A stretch of 64,000 nt of DNA from an uncultured cyanobacterium (GCA_963807635.1 CAWEDJ010000073.1:74037-138036), one strand, 5' to 3'. Positions 1 through 11,051 are shown, counted from the stretch's first letter. A program made the numbers and translations. Notes: a model not told the origin generated them from the letters alone.

Positions 1-384
1 GCTACGGGACGACCCATTGTTGCTCCTTCCCAGGATATGGTTTTGGGTTGTTATTACCTCACTGCCGATAATCCCAAGGCCCAAAAAGGCGGCGGAACTC
101 ATTTTGCAAACCTGGATGATGTGGTCAAGATTTTTGACCAGGGCGGTGTCGATCTCCATGCCTCTATCTGGGTTCGCCATAACGATCTGAACGTTGTCAC
201 AGATAAACCCGATGATGAGATTCTGAAAACCGAAACCCTGGAAGATGGAACGGTGATGAAATATTATCGTCAGCGCAAATTACGGGAAACGGCGGAGGGA
301 GAATTGCTGGCTCAGTATATTTTAACTACGCCTGGACGGGTTATGTATAATATGACGATTGAAGCGGCCTTAAACGTGGTTTAA
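1..384 (+). CDS. rpoC1: RNA polymerase gamma subunit, C-terminal part (gene starts before the window)
   Basis: Frame 1 is open from base 1: ATGRPIVAPSQDMVLGCYYLT...TTPGRVMYN, the cyanobacterial RpoC1 C-terminus. Confidence 0.95.
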   Translation, partial: ATGRPIVAPSQDMVLGCYYLTADNPKAQKGGGTHFANLDDVVKIFDQGGVDLHASIWVRHNDLNVVTDKPDDEILKTETLEDGTVMKYYRQRKLRETAEGELLAQYILTTPGRVMYNMTIEAALNVV

Positions 385-418
385 TCAAAAATCAAATTTT
401 TACATACCATACAATCTG

Positions 419-1950
419 ATGCTGGCTAGGGTTTGGAGTGCATCCCTGATTGGGATTGAATCGGTCAAAGTGGGGGTAGAAGTGGATGTGTCAGGGGGCT
501 TGCCTGCCATTACGGTGGTGGGTCTGCCTGATACGGCTGTCCAGGAATCGAGGGAACGGGTGAGGGCCGCGCTGAAAAATTCAGGTTTTGCTTTCCCTGT
601 TCGTAAGATTGTCATTAATCTTACCCCTGCTGATTTACGCAAGGAAGGCCCCAGCTTTGATTTACCCATTAGTGTGGGCGTTTTAGCGGCTTCTGAACAG
701 GTTGATCCCCAATTGTTAGGGGATTTTTTGTTTGTGGGAGAAATGTCCTTAGATGGCAGTTTACGGGCAGTGCCTGGGATTTTACCGATCGCGGCCAGAG
801 CCGAAAAATTAGGGTTTACGGGAATGGTGGTTCCCTTGGATAATGCCCAGGAAGACGGCGATTGTTAAGGGAATTTCGGTTTATGGTTTTAAGCATTTGT
901 CGGAAGTGGCTCAATTTTTGGCGAAACCCGATCGCCATCAAGCCGTCCAGTTAGACGCGATCGCCGAATCAACCAAATTTCCCTTTCCTACTCCCGATCT
1001 CAAAGATGTCAAAGGACAAAACCACGCTCGCCGTGCCTTAGAAATTGCCGCCGCAGGAGGTCATAACCTCATTTTTGTGGGGCCACCAGGCAGTGGAAAA
1101 ACCATGCTGGCCCGACGTTTACCAGGTATTTTGCCACCGCTAGGATTTGAGGAAGCCTTAGAAGTGTCAGAAATTCATTCGGTGGTAGGGTTACTCAAAA
1201 ATAAGGGATCTTTAATCCGAGAACGACCGTTCCGCGCCCCCCATCATTCCGCCTCTGGCCCTTCCTTAGTCGGTGGCGGTAGTTTCCCCAGACCTGGAGA
1301 AATTTCTTTGGCCCATCGGGGAGTGTTGTTTTTAGATGAATTAACCGAATTTAAACGTAATGTGCTGGAATTTTTACGTCAGCCCCTCGAAGATGGATTT
1401 GTCAGTATTTCCCGCACCAAACAATCTGTTACCTTTCCCGCCCAGTTTACTTTAATCGCCAGCACTAATCCCTGTCCCTGTGGTTATTTCGGTGATCCCA
1501 TTCAAGCCTGTTCCTGCTCTCCCCGCCAACGGGAAATGTATTGGGCAAAATTATCAGGGCCGTTAATGGATCGCATTGATTTACAAGTGGCAGTCAATCG
1601 ATTGAAACCCGAAGAGATGACTCGCCAACCCACAGGAGAAGATTCCCAAGCCATTCGCGATCGCGTTAAACAAGCTCGACAAGTTGCCCAGGAACGGTTT
1701 AAACAGGAAAAATCCATTAAATCTAATGCCGAAATGCAGTCGGGTCATCTACGCCAATTCTGTCAATTAGATGAGGACAGTCGGAGTTTATTAGAGGGAG
1801 CGATTCGCAAATTAGGATTATCAGCGAGGGCAATGGACACGGATCTTAAAAGTGTCTCGAACGATCGCAGACTTGGCAGAAAGCGAAAAAATCCAGAGTT
1901 CTCATGTGGCTGAAGCGATTCAATATCGGACATTGGATCGAATTGCTTAA
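419..1950 (+). CDS. comM: YifB/ComM family Mg-chelatase-like AAA+ ATPase (2 apparent frameshifts, ~855 and ~1840)
   Basis: [44 protein letters not shown], and C-terminal [14 protein letters not shown] in another frame. Confidence 0.92.
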
Positions 1951-2549
1951 TTTTTCTCACCAAGGATCTAGAAACTTTGAAGCCAGAAAGACCCAACACG
2001 AGAGAAAAAATCCCAAGGTCTTAATACTTTCTTTAAAATCACTCCCCAGGGATATGTATTTTTACTCATACTTTTGGCTTCCTAATATCAAGATTTTATG
2101 GTTTAAGAATAAAAACTTGCGTGTTAATACGGTTGACCCAAGGAGCTATATTCATTTCGCTTTGACAAATTCAGTCCCGACGATTAAAAATTATGGGTAT
2201 TTTTTACAAAAAACTTGGTTTTTTCGGAAAAATCCGCCTCTAATGGATACCTGACAACTCAAAAACAGAATAGATTGATTTTTCTCTATGAACACAATAA
2301 AGTTAAGCGTTTTTACTGATTTGTCATGGGTAGGATTAACGATACAGTCTTTGTATGAGAGCTTTGTAAACTTTTGTTTTGAGTTATTGACTTTCGTTGT
2401 TCCGTATGTATCAACTCTACTCTTCTAGCACTATCCTGCTCAATCGACAATAACAGGTTTCAACTCCATCTCATTAGTGTTTTTTGGGTAATACAGGCGA
2501 CACTCTCTGTTTTCAAGTCTTGTTTAATTAACTCGTAGGCAAATAGTCC

Positions 2550-3620
2550 ATGTATCGCCAACTCTCTTTTTTCGTCTTTCGCCCCAAGACCCCTATTCTT
2601 CCTAATCGTTTTGATCAAGAAATGACTCCTTCCTTAATTTCTTTTAATCAAGTTCCCCAGGCGACCCATCGCTTTAAGTTTTCTATGCTTCAGTATCTAA
2701 CGACAGCACTCTTAAAACTAGCGCGTAATTTGGAAAGTAGGTTAAAGAGCGCGACTCCCCTTATTTTTGAGCCTAATCTCCAGGAAGAAGCCCTTTCAGA
2801 CGCGATCGCGGATTCAAAAAATCATAATTTTGCGGTGGAGTTGGGTCAAGCCCTAGAGAGAGATGAACTTTTCCTCGATTATCAACCCCAAATTGAGCTA
2901 GAAACGGGACAATTGTTGGGGGTTGAATCTTTGGTTCGTTGGCATCATCCCCGTCTGGGGCGCATTTCTCCTGCCGATTTTATTCCCATTGCAGAAGAAA
3001 CAGGACTGATTATTCCTATGGGTTATTGGATTTTGCGTCGGGCTTGTCAGCAATATAAACAGTGGCAGTCCTTGGGAATTGCCCCGTTTAAGTTATCGGT
3101 TAATCTTTCTCTCTGTCAACTTAAAGACCCCAACCTTGTCCCCGTTATTCATTCAATTCTCACCGAAACCGAGATAAATCCCTATTATTTAGAATTCGAA
3201 ATTACCGAAAGCTTCATGGCATCAAATATTTCTGCCGCGATCGCGACTTTGACCGAACTGCGGAAATTAGGAATCCAAATTGCGATCGATGACTTTGGGA
3301 CAGATTATTCTTCCCTTTCGTCCTTGAAAAATCTACCCATTCAAACCCTCAAAATTGACAAATCCTTCCTGGATGATTTGTTAGTAACAAACAAAAATCA
3401 GGTCATTCTACAAAGTATTATTGAATTGGGGCATCGTCTGAAACTGCAAATAATTGCTGAAGGTATCGAAAATGAAGGAAAACTTAAAATTCTCAAGGCA
3501 ATGAATTGCGATTGTGGTCAAGGTTATTTTTTGAGCCGCCCCCTCCACCTCGAAGCCCTGATTCACTATTTTCGACAAGTCAAATTAGGCATTCATCTAC
3601 CGCAACTTCTTTTTTCTTAG
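2550..3620 (+). CDS. Stand-alone EAL-domain c-di-GMP phosphodiesterase (start codon uncertain)
   Basis: YQPQ, ESLVRW, FIPIAEETGLI, EITES, DDFGTDYSS, LKIDKSF, AEGIE, QGYF. Confidence 0.92.
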   Translation: MYRQLSFFVFRPKTPILPNRFDQEMTPSLISFNQVPQATHRFKFSMLQYLTTALLKLARNLESRLKSATPLIFEPNLQEEALSDAIADSKNHNFAVELGQALERDELFLDYQPQIELETGQLLGVESLVRWHHPRLGRISPADFIPIAEETGLIIPMGYWILRRACQQYKQWQSLGIAPFKLSVNLSLCQLKDPNLVPVIHSILTETEINPYYLEFEITESFMASNISAAIATLTELRKLGIQIAIDDFGTDYSSLSSLKNLPIQTLKIDKSFLDDLLVTNKNQVILQSIIELGHRLKLQIIAEGIENEGKLKILKAMNCDCGQGYFLSRPLHLEALIHYFRQVKLGIHLPQLLFS

Positions 3621-3718
3621 AATAATCAATGGTTGATTTTTTTTGAAAAGGTTAATTACTACTGATTAGGGTAATATCTATCGTTATAAAATAAGCAAAA
3701 AAAAGTTATAATCAGATC

Positions 3719-4843
3719 ATGAACACCACTGCGCTCACTCCTCGTTTTTCTGGACAAGCTATTCCCTCGACCCTCCTCAATGATCTAGTTAATCGCCAAG
3801 CAACAGGGAAATTAACCGTTCAGAATCCCTTTGATGAACTAGTGACCTGGCAGGTTTATTTGGGAAATGGCAAAATTCACTTTGCAAATAGTGCCACTGG
3901 CCCCGAAGAAAGACTTAACTATTTGATAGGCAGTCATCTTAATCAGAGAAAAATCACACTCCCCCCAAAGATTAATAATGATTATGATTACCTCTGTGAA
4001 CTCTGGAAAAAAGAAATCTTTTCCTTCCAACAAACTCGCTCGATCCTGACCCAATTTACCCAGGAAGCTTTAGTTCAAATTCTTTCCTTACCTAAAACAA
4101 ATTGTAATTTTAATAAAAACGATAATCTACATCATTTATTTTTGAATTTAGACTTCCAGAAATCGATCACTCCCCTCAAACATAAAATTCGTTGCTGGTG
4201 GGAACTAAAGTCAGAAATTAATTCTCCCTTTCAACGTCCCCTGGTCGAAAATTGGGATAAATTCAACCGAACTTTAGTTAAAGCCGAACTACGTGGACAC
4301 AATTTACTGAAGGGATTCCGTCAATGTATGGAAAATCTTGATTGTCTCTACGGTATTGCCAGTTATACCCAATTGAGTACCCTACAGTTGGCTCTGCTGA
4401 TGCGCCCTTTGATTAAATCAGGGGAAATAAAAATGTTGTCCTATCAGGAGATTGAAACCGATAATCGTCCCCTGGTGGTCTGTGTTAATGATCGCCCAGC
4501 GATGCAGAGAATCCTCCAATATACTTTGGATGCGGGGGGGTTTCGATCATTACAATTAGAAGATCCATTCAAAGCATTGTCAATTTTATTAGCACAAAAA
4601 CCCAAGGCGATTCTTTTGGATGCAGACATGGAGAATATTAGCGGTTATCAACTTTGTTCACTGTGTCGTAAGTCGGGAGCATTGAATGAGGTTCCTATCT
4701 TTATTTTGGGAGAAAAAAATGGCATTACCGAGCAGATTAGGGCGAAATTATCGGGAGCATCGGGCTATGTTAGTAAGCCTTTTTTACCGAATGAATTACT
4801 GAAGTTAATTGATCCTTCTCTAAAACTTGCGATGACGGCCTAA
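3719..4843 (+). CDS. PatA-family response regulator (PATAN N-terminal domain + C-terminal receiver)
   Basis: TGKLTV/WQVYLGNGKIHFA PATAN-type N-terminus, SPFQRP linker, receiver with LLDADM and SKPF. Confidence 0.88.
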   Translation: MNTTALTPRFSGQAIPSTLLNDLVNRQATGKLTVQNPFDELVTWQVYLGNGKIHFANSATGPEERLNYLIGSHLNQRKITLPPKINNDYDYLCELWKKEIFSFQQTRSILTQFTQEALVQILSLPKTNCNFNKNDNLHHLFLNLDFQKSITPLKHKIRCWWELKSEINSPFQRPLVENWDKFNRTLVKAELRGHNLLKGFRQCMENLDCLYGIASYTQLSTLQLALLMRPLIKSGEIKMLSYQEIETDNRPLVVCVNDRPAMQRILQYTLDAGGFRSLQLEDPFKALSILLAQKPKAILLDADMENISGYQLCSLCRKSGALNEVPIFILGEKNGITEQIRAKLSGASGYVSKPFLPNELLKLIDPSLKLAMTA

Positions 4844-5966
4844 TCTTTGTCTTCATTTAATATTTTTTGACTCAATCTTTCTCCTTGTTGACTCCGAACC
4901 AGGATTTGGCGATCGCGGTCAAATAAAACAGATCCCACCTGAATAGATTTTGCTGTGTGTTCATAAATATATCGTTGAGAACGAAAATCAATCGTGTCGG
5001 CGATCGATTGGTAGATTTGCTTGACCCAATTTTGCTTGAGTTCCTGATCCCATAGACGTAATTTTGTTAACGCCATTTCTGTGGTTTCACAAACCAAAAG
5101 TTGCTGAAGATAGGGAGTTGATAATCCAATTTTTACTGCTTGGGCAGTGAGGATTTCTAGACGAGCATCCGCTAAATGATGGTGAGTATGAAAAATTCCC
5201 CCTGCTAATTTAATTAATTTACCGTGATAACCAAAGAGCAAAATCTGATTAATTTCCGTTAACGCCGCCGCGACTAATAAAAGGCCCTAACCAATTCGCC
5301 GTTTTCATCAATTGAGCAGGATTAATCCCCCATTGACGGGATAAATCTAAACCATTTTCACCGACACAAAAAACTAAACAATCAAATTCTTTTGCTTTTT
5401 GCGATCAACTCATTTTGAAAAGTTTCTAATTGCTGGGGCGCACTCAAAGGTTGAGAAATCCCCGTTGTTCCTAATAATGACAAGCCTTCAACCACTCCAA
5501 AAGCCACATTAGAAGTTCTTTCGGCTAAAGCTTTTCCTTCTGGCAAAATAAGGGTGACTAAAATCGTTTCTGATGGTCTTAAAAAAGGTTCCAGATTCCC
5601 TTGAAATAACTGTTGTGCATAATAATAAATTGCCGCTTGACCGTCTTGATGGAGCTTTTTTCCAATGCCTTCACCGCCTTCAATGATGACTTGAGAAAGG
5701 CCCTCTTTGAGTTCTACTAAGGCCCAAATCGGGGTATCACGAGTTAAATCTAAGTTATCGCCTGGATCACTGCGAGTAATCGCCAAAGCTTTTTGTTTCT
5801 CTAATTTCGCAACCTGTTTGATCGCGATTTCCACGATTTCAGCAGGTTCTAATAGGTTGACTTTCACAGACGAAATCAAAGAATTTTCCCTTAAATGACG
5901 TAGAGCCGCGATCGCAGAAGCACAGGCAAAAACGGGGAGAGTATAACCAGAACGAGCTTGAGGCAT
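4840..5966 (-). CDS. cbiD: Cobalt-precorrin-5B C1-methyltransferase (frameshifted ~5240-5390)
   Basis: ARSGYTLPVFACA, SDPGDNLDLTR, GLSLLGTTG, FGYHGKLIKLAGGIFHTHHHLAD. Confidence 0.92.
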
Positions 5967-5978
5967 GGGAGACGGGGA

Positions 5979-6506
5979 TTATGGGGACTTTAATTGGGCA
6001 ATTTCAGCTTTTTGTCGTTCGATTATTGCTTTTAGAGTTTGATTTTCTTGTTGTAATCCTTGATTTTTGCGGATTAATTCCTGTCTGAGTTGTTCCTGTT
6101 TTTTCTCTTGCCGACGACGATCGCCAATATCCTGGAAAGTTGCGATCGCAAAAATAATTTTTCCCTGATCATCATAAATAGGAACCGCCGAAAATTCTAA
6201 AGGAATAATCTGTCCGCCCTGATGAATTTCCATATCCTCAATGGTTGTTGATTCCCCCTGTAACGCCCTAATTAAGGGATTGTCGGTGATGGGATAAAAC
6301 TGATTGGTCTCCACTTGATAGGATTGATAAATCACATTCAGTTGATCAATGGTCGCCCAAGATAAAACCCCTTTGCCTAAAATATCTAACGCCTTCCGAT
6401 TGGCATAATAGGGATGCCCTTCAGCATCAATAATAAAAATACCGATGGGGCAAATTTCTAAAAATTGTTTAAACTGCATCGGTAGAGGCAATAACTGAGC
6501 GGCCAT
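5979..6506 (-). CDS. Small PAS/PAC-domain protein with C-terminal coiled coil
   Basis: PIGIFIIDAEG..YANRKA, AVPIYDDQGKIIFAIATFQDI, heptad-rich tail. Confidence 0.75.
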   Translation of the reverse strand: MAAQLLPLPMQFKQFLEICPIGIFIIDAEGHPYYANRKALDILGKGVLSWATIDQLNVIYQSYQVETNQFYPITDNPLIRALQGESTTIEDMEIHQGGQIIPLEFSAVPIYDDQGKIIFAIATFQDIGDRRRQEKKQEQLRQELIRKNQGLQQENQTLKAIIERQKAEIAQLKSP

Positions 6507-6579
6507 TCTGATGGTTGATTTCTGTAAAATTTCAATCGTTTAATTTTCCGCGATCGCCGTGCAAGTTCGATCCATCACA

Positions 6580-7206
6580 TCAGCGCAAAAAGCTACTAGC
6601 GATCCAAAAGAACAGAAAAACAACAAAACAAGCAACTTGTTCCGATGCCAGTCCAAACATCAGCCCTGAAGCCCCCAAAAGACCTGCTAAACCCGTTCCC
6701 AAGGCAACTCCTAACAACAGGGCAACTAAGGTGATCAAAAAAGCACGGCCAATTTTTCTCTCTTTGCGATTAATAAAGTAAATCGTAATAAAAACGCCGA
6801 TGACTAATAACAACGAACTAAAAGATCCCGTTGTATCTTTATTAAAGGCACTAATGGCTCCTAAGACCCCAAAAATCCCTGCGGGTAACAAAATATCATT
6901 GCGAGAGGGAGTATCAACCAATTGCTGAATCCAGGCGGGAGAATTCGACATATTGATCGACGGTAAAGACGGCGGCTTCTCAACCATCCGTTCAGGAAAG
7001 CGAATAACATCGGGAACCTTAATTTTGCCCTCTTGCCGTAACTTCAAACGATCCATCAAAATAGCATCGTAGGCAGATTCGACAATTTCCAAGGCACGGT
7101 TATCTCCCTGATATTTTTGGCTTAGCCGACTTTTAACCGCCTGAATCTCATCAAAGGAAGAATCTTCCGTCACTCCAAGGGTTTGATAGGGAGTCTGTTC
7201 ACTCAT
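6580..7206 (-). CDS. CPP1-like (DUF3353) J-like membrane protein
   Basis: PYQTLGVTEDSSFDEIQ, AYDAILMDRLKLRQEGKIKVP..IRFPE, C-terminal TM helices ending SSFLR. Confidence 0.88.
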   Translation of the reverse strand: MSEQTPYQTLGVTEDSSFDEIQAVKSRLSQKYQGDNRALEIVESAYDAILMDRLKLRQEGKIKVPDVIRFPERMVEKPPSLPSINMSNSPAWIQQLVDTPSRNDILLPAGIFGVLGAISAFNKDTTGSFSSLLLVIGVFITIYFINRKERKIGRAFLITLVALLLGVALGTGLAGLLGASGLMFGLASEQVACFVVFLFFWIASSFLR

Positions 7207-7336
7207 TTTTTGTATCTCCTCTGACATTGCTACTCTCTGCCACAGCACTATGCTTAAAATATTATGCTTTATCTTCGTAGTTTAGCAGATTGATCACCCA
7301 AATGTCAGACCATTTTTCCAGAAAATTTGAAAAAAA

Positions 7337-7363
7337 TAAAGGGGGTAAATCCTCCCCCCCTTT
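7337..7363 (-). terminator. Possible terminator hairpin after glgC
   Basis: AAAGGGGG...CCCCCCCTTT hairpin next to an A-run (U-run on the minus strand). Confidence 0.45.
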
Positions 7364-7387
7364 CAGTGAATTTCGGTAACCAGTAAA

Positions 7388-8678
7388 TTAAATCACCATC
7401 CCATCGGGAATTATTCTGTTTTTAATGACCACCACAATGCCGCTACGGATATAGAAACCCTCGTCTTCTCGGTTCGCTTCCTGGACATTCTCTTTGTTAA
7501 TAATCATCACATTTTTGCCAATACGAGCATTTTTGTCAACAATGGCTCGACGGATAGTTGTACCCGCCCCAATACCGACAGGAACGCCACTTTGCTTGAG
7601 ATTAGATTCCCTTTCTACCGCAGATTCATAGAAATCAGACCCCATTAGTAAGGAATCCTCAATGGTACAACCTGATTCAATCCGACTACGAATTCCTAAA
7701 ACCGAGTGATGAATACGGCACGCTTTGAGGATACAGCCTTCTCCAATCATCGATTCGGTGATATTACAATCCAAAATCTTTGAAGGGGGAAGATAGCGTC
7801 CACGAGTGTAAATGGGAGCTTTTTCATCATAAAAGCTAAAGGGTGGCTGGGGTTGCTTGGTTAGGGCTAAATTTGCGTCATAGAAGGCTTCAATCGTTCC
7901 GATGTCTTCCCAATAGTCGGCAAAAAGATAGGCTTGCAGGTTGTAATCCTTCGCAGAAGCGGGAATAATTTCTTTCCCAAAGTCAGTATGTTCCAGATTG
8001 GCTTGGAGTAAATTGGCTAAAATTTCTTTTTTAAAAACATAAATCCCCATTGAAGCAATGTAGGGATTTTCCTTGGCAACATCTGGGGTTAGGCCCAGAA
8101 CGGTTGTATCTACCTGCATCTGTTTCAACGCTTCACCAGAGGGTTTTTCTGCAAAATCAATTACTCTTCCTTGGCTATCAATTTTCATTAACCCCAATTC
8201 GGGGGCTTTTTTTTCATTGACAGGAACAACGGATAGGGTAATGTCTGCGTTGGTTTCCCGATGTCGTCGGACAAATTGGCTATAATCCATCCGATAAAGA
8301 TGATCTCCTGACAAAATCAGGTATTCATCCACATCCCATTCCATAAATAGCGATAGGTATTGACGGACTGCATCGGCTGTTCCTTGGAACCATTGGGGAT
8401 TTTCGGCCGTTTGCTGGGCCGCTAAAACTTCGACAAATCCTTCCTGAAAGGCAGAAAAATTGTAGGTCTGGGGCAAAGTGACGATTAAGGGAAGCCGAGT
8501 TAAATTGGGTCAGGGCATAAATTTTAACGATTTCTGAATTAATACAATTGCTGACGGGAATATCAATTAGACGATATTTGCCCGCTAGGGGAACAGCGGG
8601 TTTGGCTCTGAGCTTGGTTAGGGGATAAAGACGGGTTCCCGCTCCGCCGCCGAGAATAATAGCTAAAACTCTTTTCAA
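7388..8678 (-). CDS. glgC: Glucose-1-phosphate adenylyltransferase (TTG start; frameshift ~8478)
   Basis: [57 protein letters not shown]. Confidence 0.96.
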
Positions 8679-8845
8679 AATAAGACCTCACGACTGCCTA
8701 TAACACCTCTCAAGTAAAGTTTAGGACTGTGGGGGACATCTGGAAAGCAAGAGGTCGTAGAAAACTTCAAAAAGTTTATGAAATGGCCACAGGCTTTGCT
8801 AATCGGGAAACAAATAGTTACAAAAATAGGTCTACGCTCTAGATC

Positions 8846-10295
8846 TTGAAAATGTCTTCAAAAATTTTCTATTTTATTGATTTTTCTTGTTATGCGTCGT
8901 TTTGGCCTCTTGCAGTGTTTTTGAGTCTATTGATTTTTCCCCAGGGCATTTCGGCGGCTCCCCTTCCGAGTTCCCAGGATTGTTCTTGGCTTGCCCAAGG
9001 CACGAATAGGCAATCCTTTGGTACCAATGGGCAATCGGGTAAAATGGGAGAAAATGGAGCGAATGGAGCCAATAGTGATAATTTAACGATTTTTGCTGAT
9101 GGAACGCCTTTGACTTTAAATTTAGCGGGAAAAAATGGTGAAGATGGTAAACCTGGCGAAATGCGATCGCGGCTAATTGTGGGAATCAACCCAGTAATGT
9201 CAGGATACGGATCTGGTAGCTCCCGATGGGGGAAATGGGGGAAATGGCGGTAACGGTGGTGATGGGGGAAATGGCGGATCTATCAGTATTTATTCCACGA
9301 ATCCTGCGCAATTACGGCAAATAGTGGTCAATTCGGCGGGCGGAAAAGGGGGACAGATGGGGCCAGGCGGTAATGCGGGTGAAGGCTGTAATTGTACGAA
9401 ACCTTACTGGACGGTGGAAACCTGTTCGGGCGATCGCGGAGCCTCGGATTATCGCTGTACGACCAAGGAATTTCGCTGTTATAACGGTCGTAATGGGGTG
9501 AGGGGAAATGCAGGTCTAACGGGGCGAGACGGCTTTCCAGGGCGATTAACCCTACTGAATCTCAATAAACCGCTAGAGCCAGACAAACCGACCGCATCGG
9601 TGACGATGGCAATGATGAAAGATCAGGGTGTGGTTTTATCCCGTAATCGTTGGGAAACTCGCCAGGGTGCTAGGGACTTGTTAGCTCCTGGGTCGGTGAT
9701 TGAGGATCAGTATGAAGCTCTGACGGAAAGACTCGAACGTTCTTTTCTCCTGATTTGGAATGCACCCCAACCTTTTAATCGTTTTGCGGATAAGAATTTC
9801 ACCTTGAGTCTGGATGATCAACAGGAAATTAAGGTCGGTTTGCCCTCGGATGTTTGGATTGAGGGAACGACTCAGAAACGCAATGAGGTAACGGAATTTC
9901 TGGTTTACAATGCGATTTTATTGGGTGATGTGACTCGTTTAGAAGAGAGTTCTCTAACGGGAAATGGTAGAAATCTAAAGTTAGTCCTAGTGGATAAGGC
10001 AAATCAATCTAATCTCATTCAACCAAATTTAGTCAAATACAATATTACTCGTTTTGATCCCCGTTTTCGTCCTGTTTCCGATTATTTAACGAAGTATTTG
10101 GGGGTTATTCCCGATGAATTGGTCAAGTTAAATGGCGATCGCTTTACCTTAGATTTAGGTCAATTACCAATTGAGGAAGAGTATTTAAAGCAGGGGTTAG
10201 GAATCGAAGTAGAGATTGTCGCAACGCGCACTTTTTCGGGTTATTCAGCCACTCAAAAAATTGTAGTTCGAGATATTATTGGTTCTTTTCGTTAA
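8846..10295 (+). CDS. Secreted collagen-like (Gly-X-Y) protein (apparent frameshifts ~9160-9215)
   Basis: Signal-peptide-like N-terminus; G-X-Y runs GTNGQSGKMGENGANG, GKNGEDGKPG, GRNGVRGNAGLTGRDGFPG; globular C-terminal domain. Confidence 0.75.
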
Positions 10296-10326
10296 TTCTA
10301 CCCTTGAATTGGGGATTGATTTTCGG

Positions 10327-10439
10327 GGCGTTGCTGAATCAAAGTATGAATGTCAATTTTGCACATATCCAAAAGTCAGTTTGAGTCTAGGTTTTAAAAA
10401 TCCCATAAAAGAAGATTCATATCTCAAATCAGCAACGTC
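10327..10439. mobile_element. 113-bp MITE
   Basis: 24-bp imperfect TIRs GGCGTTGCTGAATCAAAGTATGAA / TTCATATCTCAAATCAGCAACGTC (18/24 match); 8-bp TSD ATTTTCGG at 10319-10326 and 10440-10447. Confidence 0.9.
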
Positions 10440-10643
10440 ATTTTCGGCAGTTCGGGCTTATTTTTCCTCCAGGGTTTTTATCTCTTCGATTTACCCCAGT
10501 GGCCTTTCCGAGTCATGGGTAATTCATTTCCTGAACTTTGGTTATTGGGGGCGGGTACAATTTCCCAGGTCTTTTTCAGGAGTCAATACCCTATTCTGTA
10601 TTTTTCTAGCTTGGTTAGCCACTAAAGGAGAGCAACGGTTGGT

Positions 10644-10868
10644 ATGGCGATTACTGCGATTGGCAAAATAGAAAAAAAAGGTTTTGGTTTTGGGCTTTGG
10701 GCTTTAATTTCCCAGGATGGTAAAACCTACGAATTGCAAAATCCTCCGCCAGAATCGTGTCAAGCTCACGCCAAGGTCAAGATTGAAGGCACGATCCAAG
10801 AAGGGGTGATGACTCTCGCGATGATTGGCTCCGTTTTGGCAATAGAAAGCTATGAAATATTATCTTGA
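10644..10868 (+). CDS. Small hypothetical protein (beta-rich, OB-like by inference)
   Basis: 74-aa ORF, GKIEKKGFGFGLWAL...TYEL...GVMTLAMIG. Confidence 0.7.
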   Translation: MAITAIGKIEKKGFGFGLWALISQDGKTYELQNPPPESCQAHAKVKIEGTIQEGVMTLAMIGSVLAIESYEILS

Positions 10869-10883
10869 ATATTATGTTTTTCT

Positions 10884-11034
10884 GTAGGGACATAATACCA
10901 TTATGTCCTGATCTTCATGGATAATAATAAATTCTGAATAGTTAAATCATCTTTTTATTCACAATACTATTATGCCCTGATATTACGTCTTGTTTTCGTT
11001 GGAACTTAAGGACATAACACTGTTATGTCCCTAC
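10884..11034. repeat. REPIN-like element A (inverted pair of GTAG-REPs)
   Basis: GTAGGGACATAATACCATTATGTCC at 10884-10908 and GGACATAACACTGTTATGTCCCTAC at 11010-11034; half-REP at ~10963-10978. Confidence 0.88.
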
Positions 11035-11051
11035 GGAAAATGCGCTCGCGT

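Noticed and set aside
1904..2254. 116-aa ORF
   Set aside because: Overlaps the true comM end, has atypical composition, and no motif
10279..10671. 130-aa ORF
   Set aside because: Runs through the MITE, overlaps neighbouring genes, and has no recognisable motif
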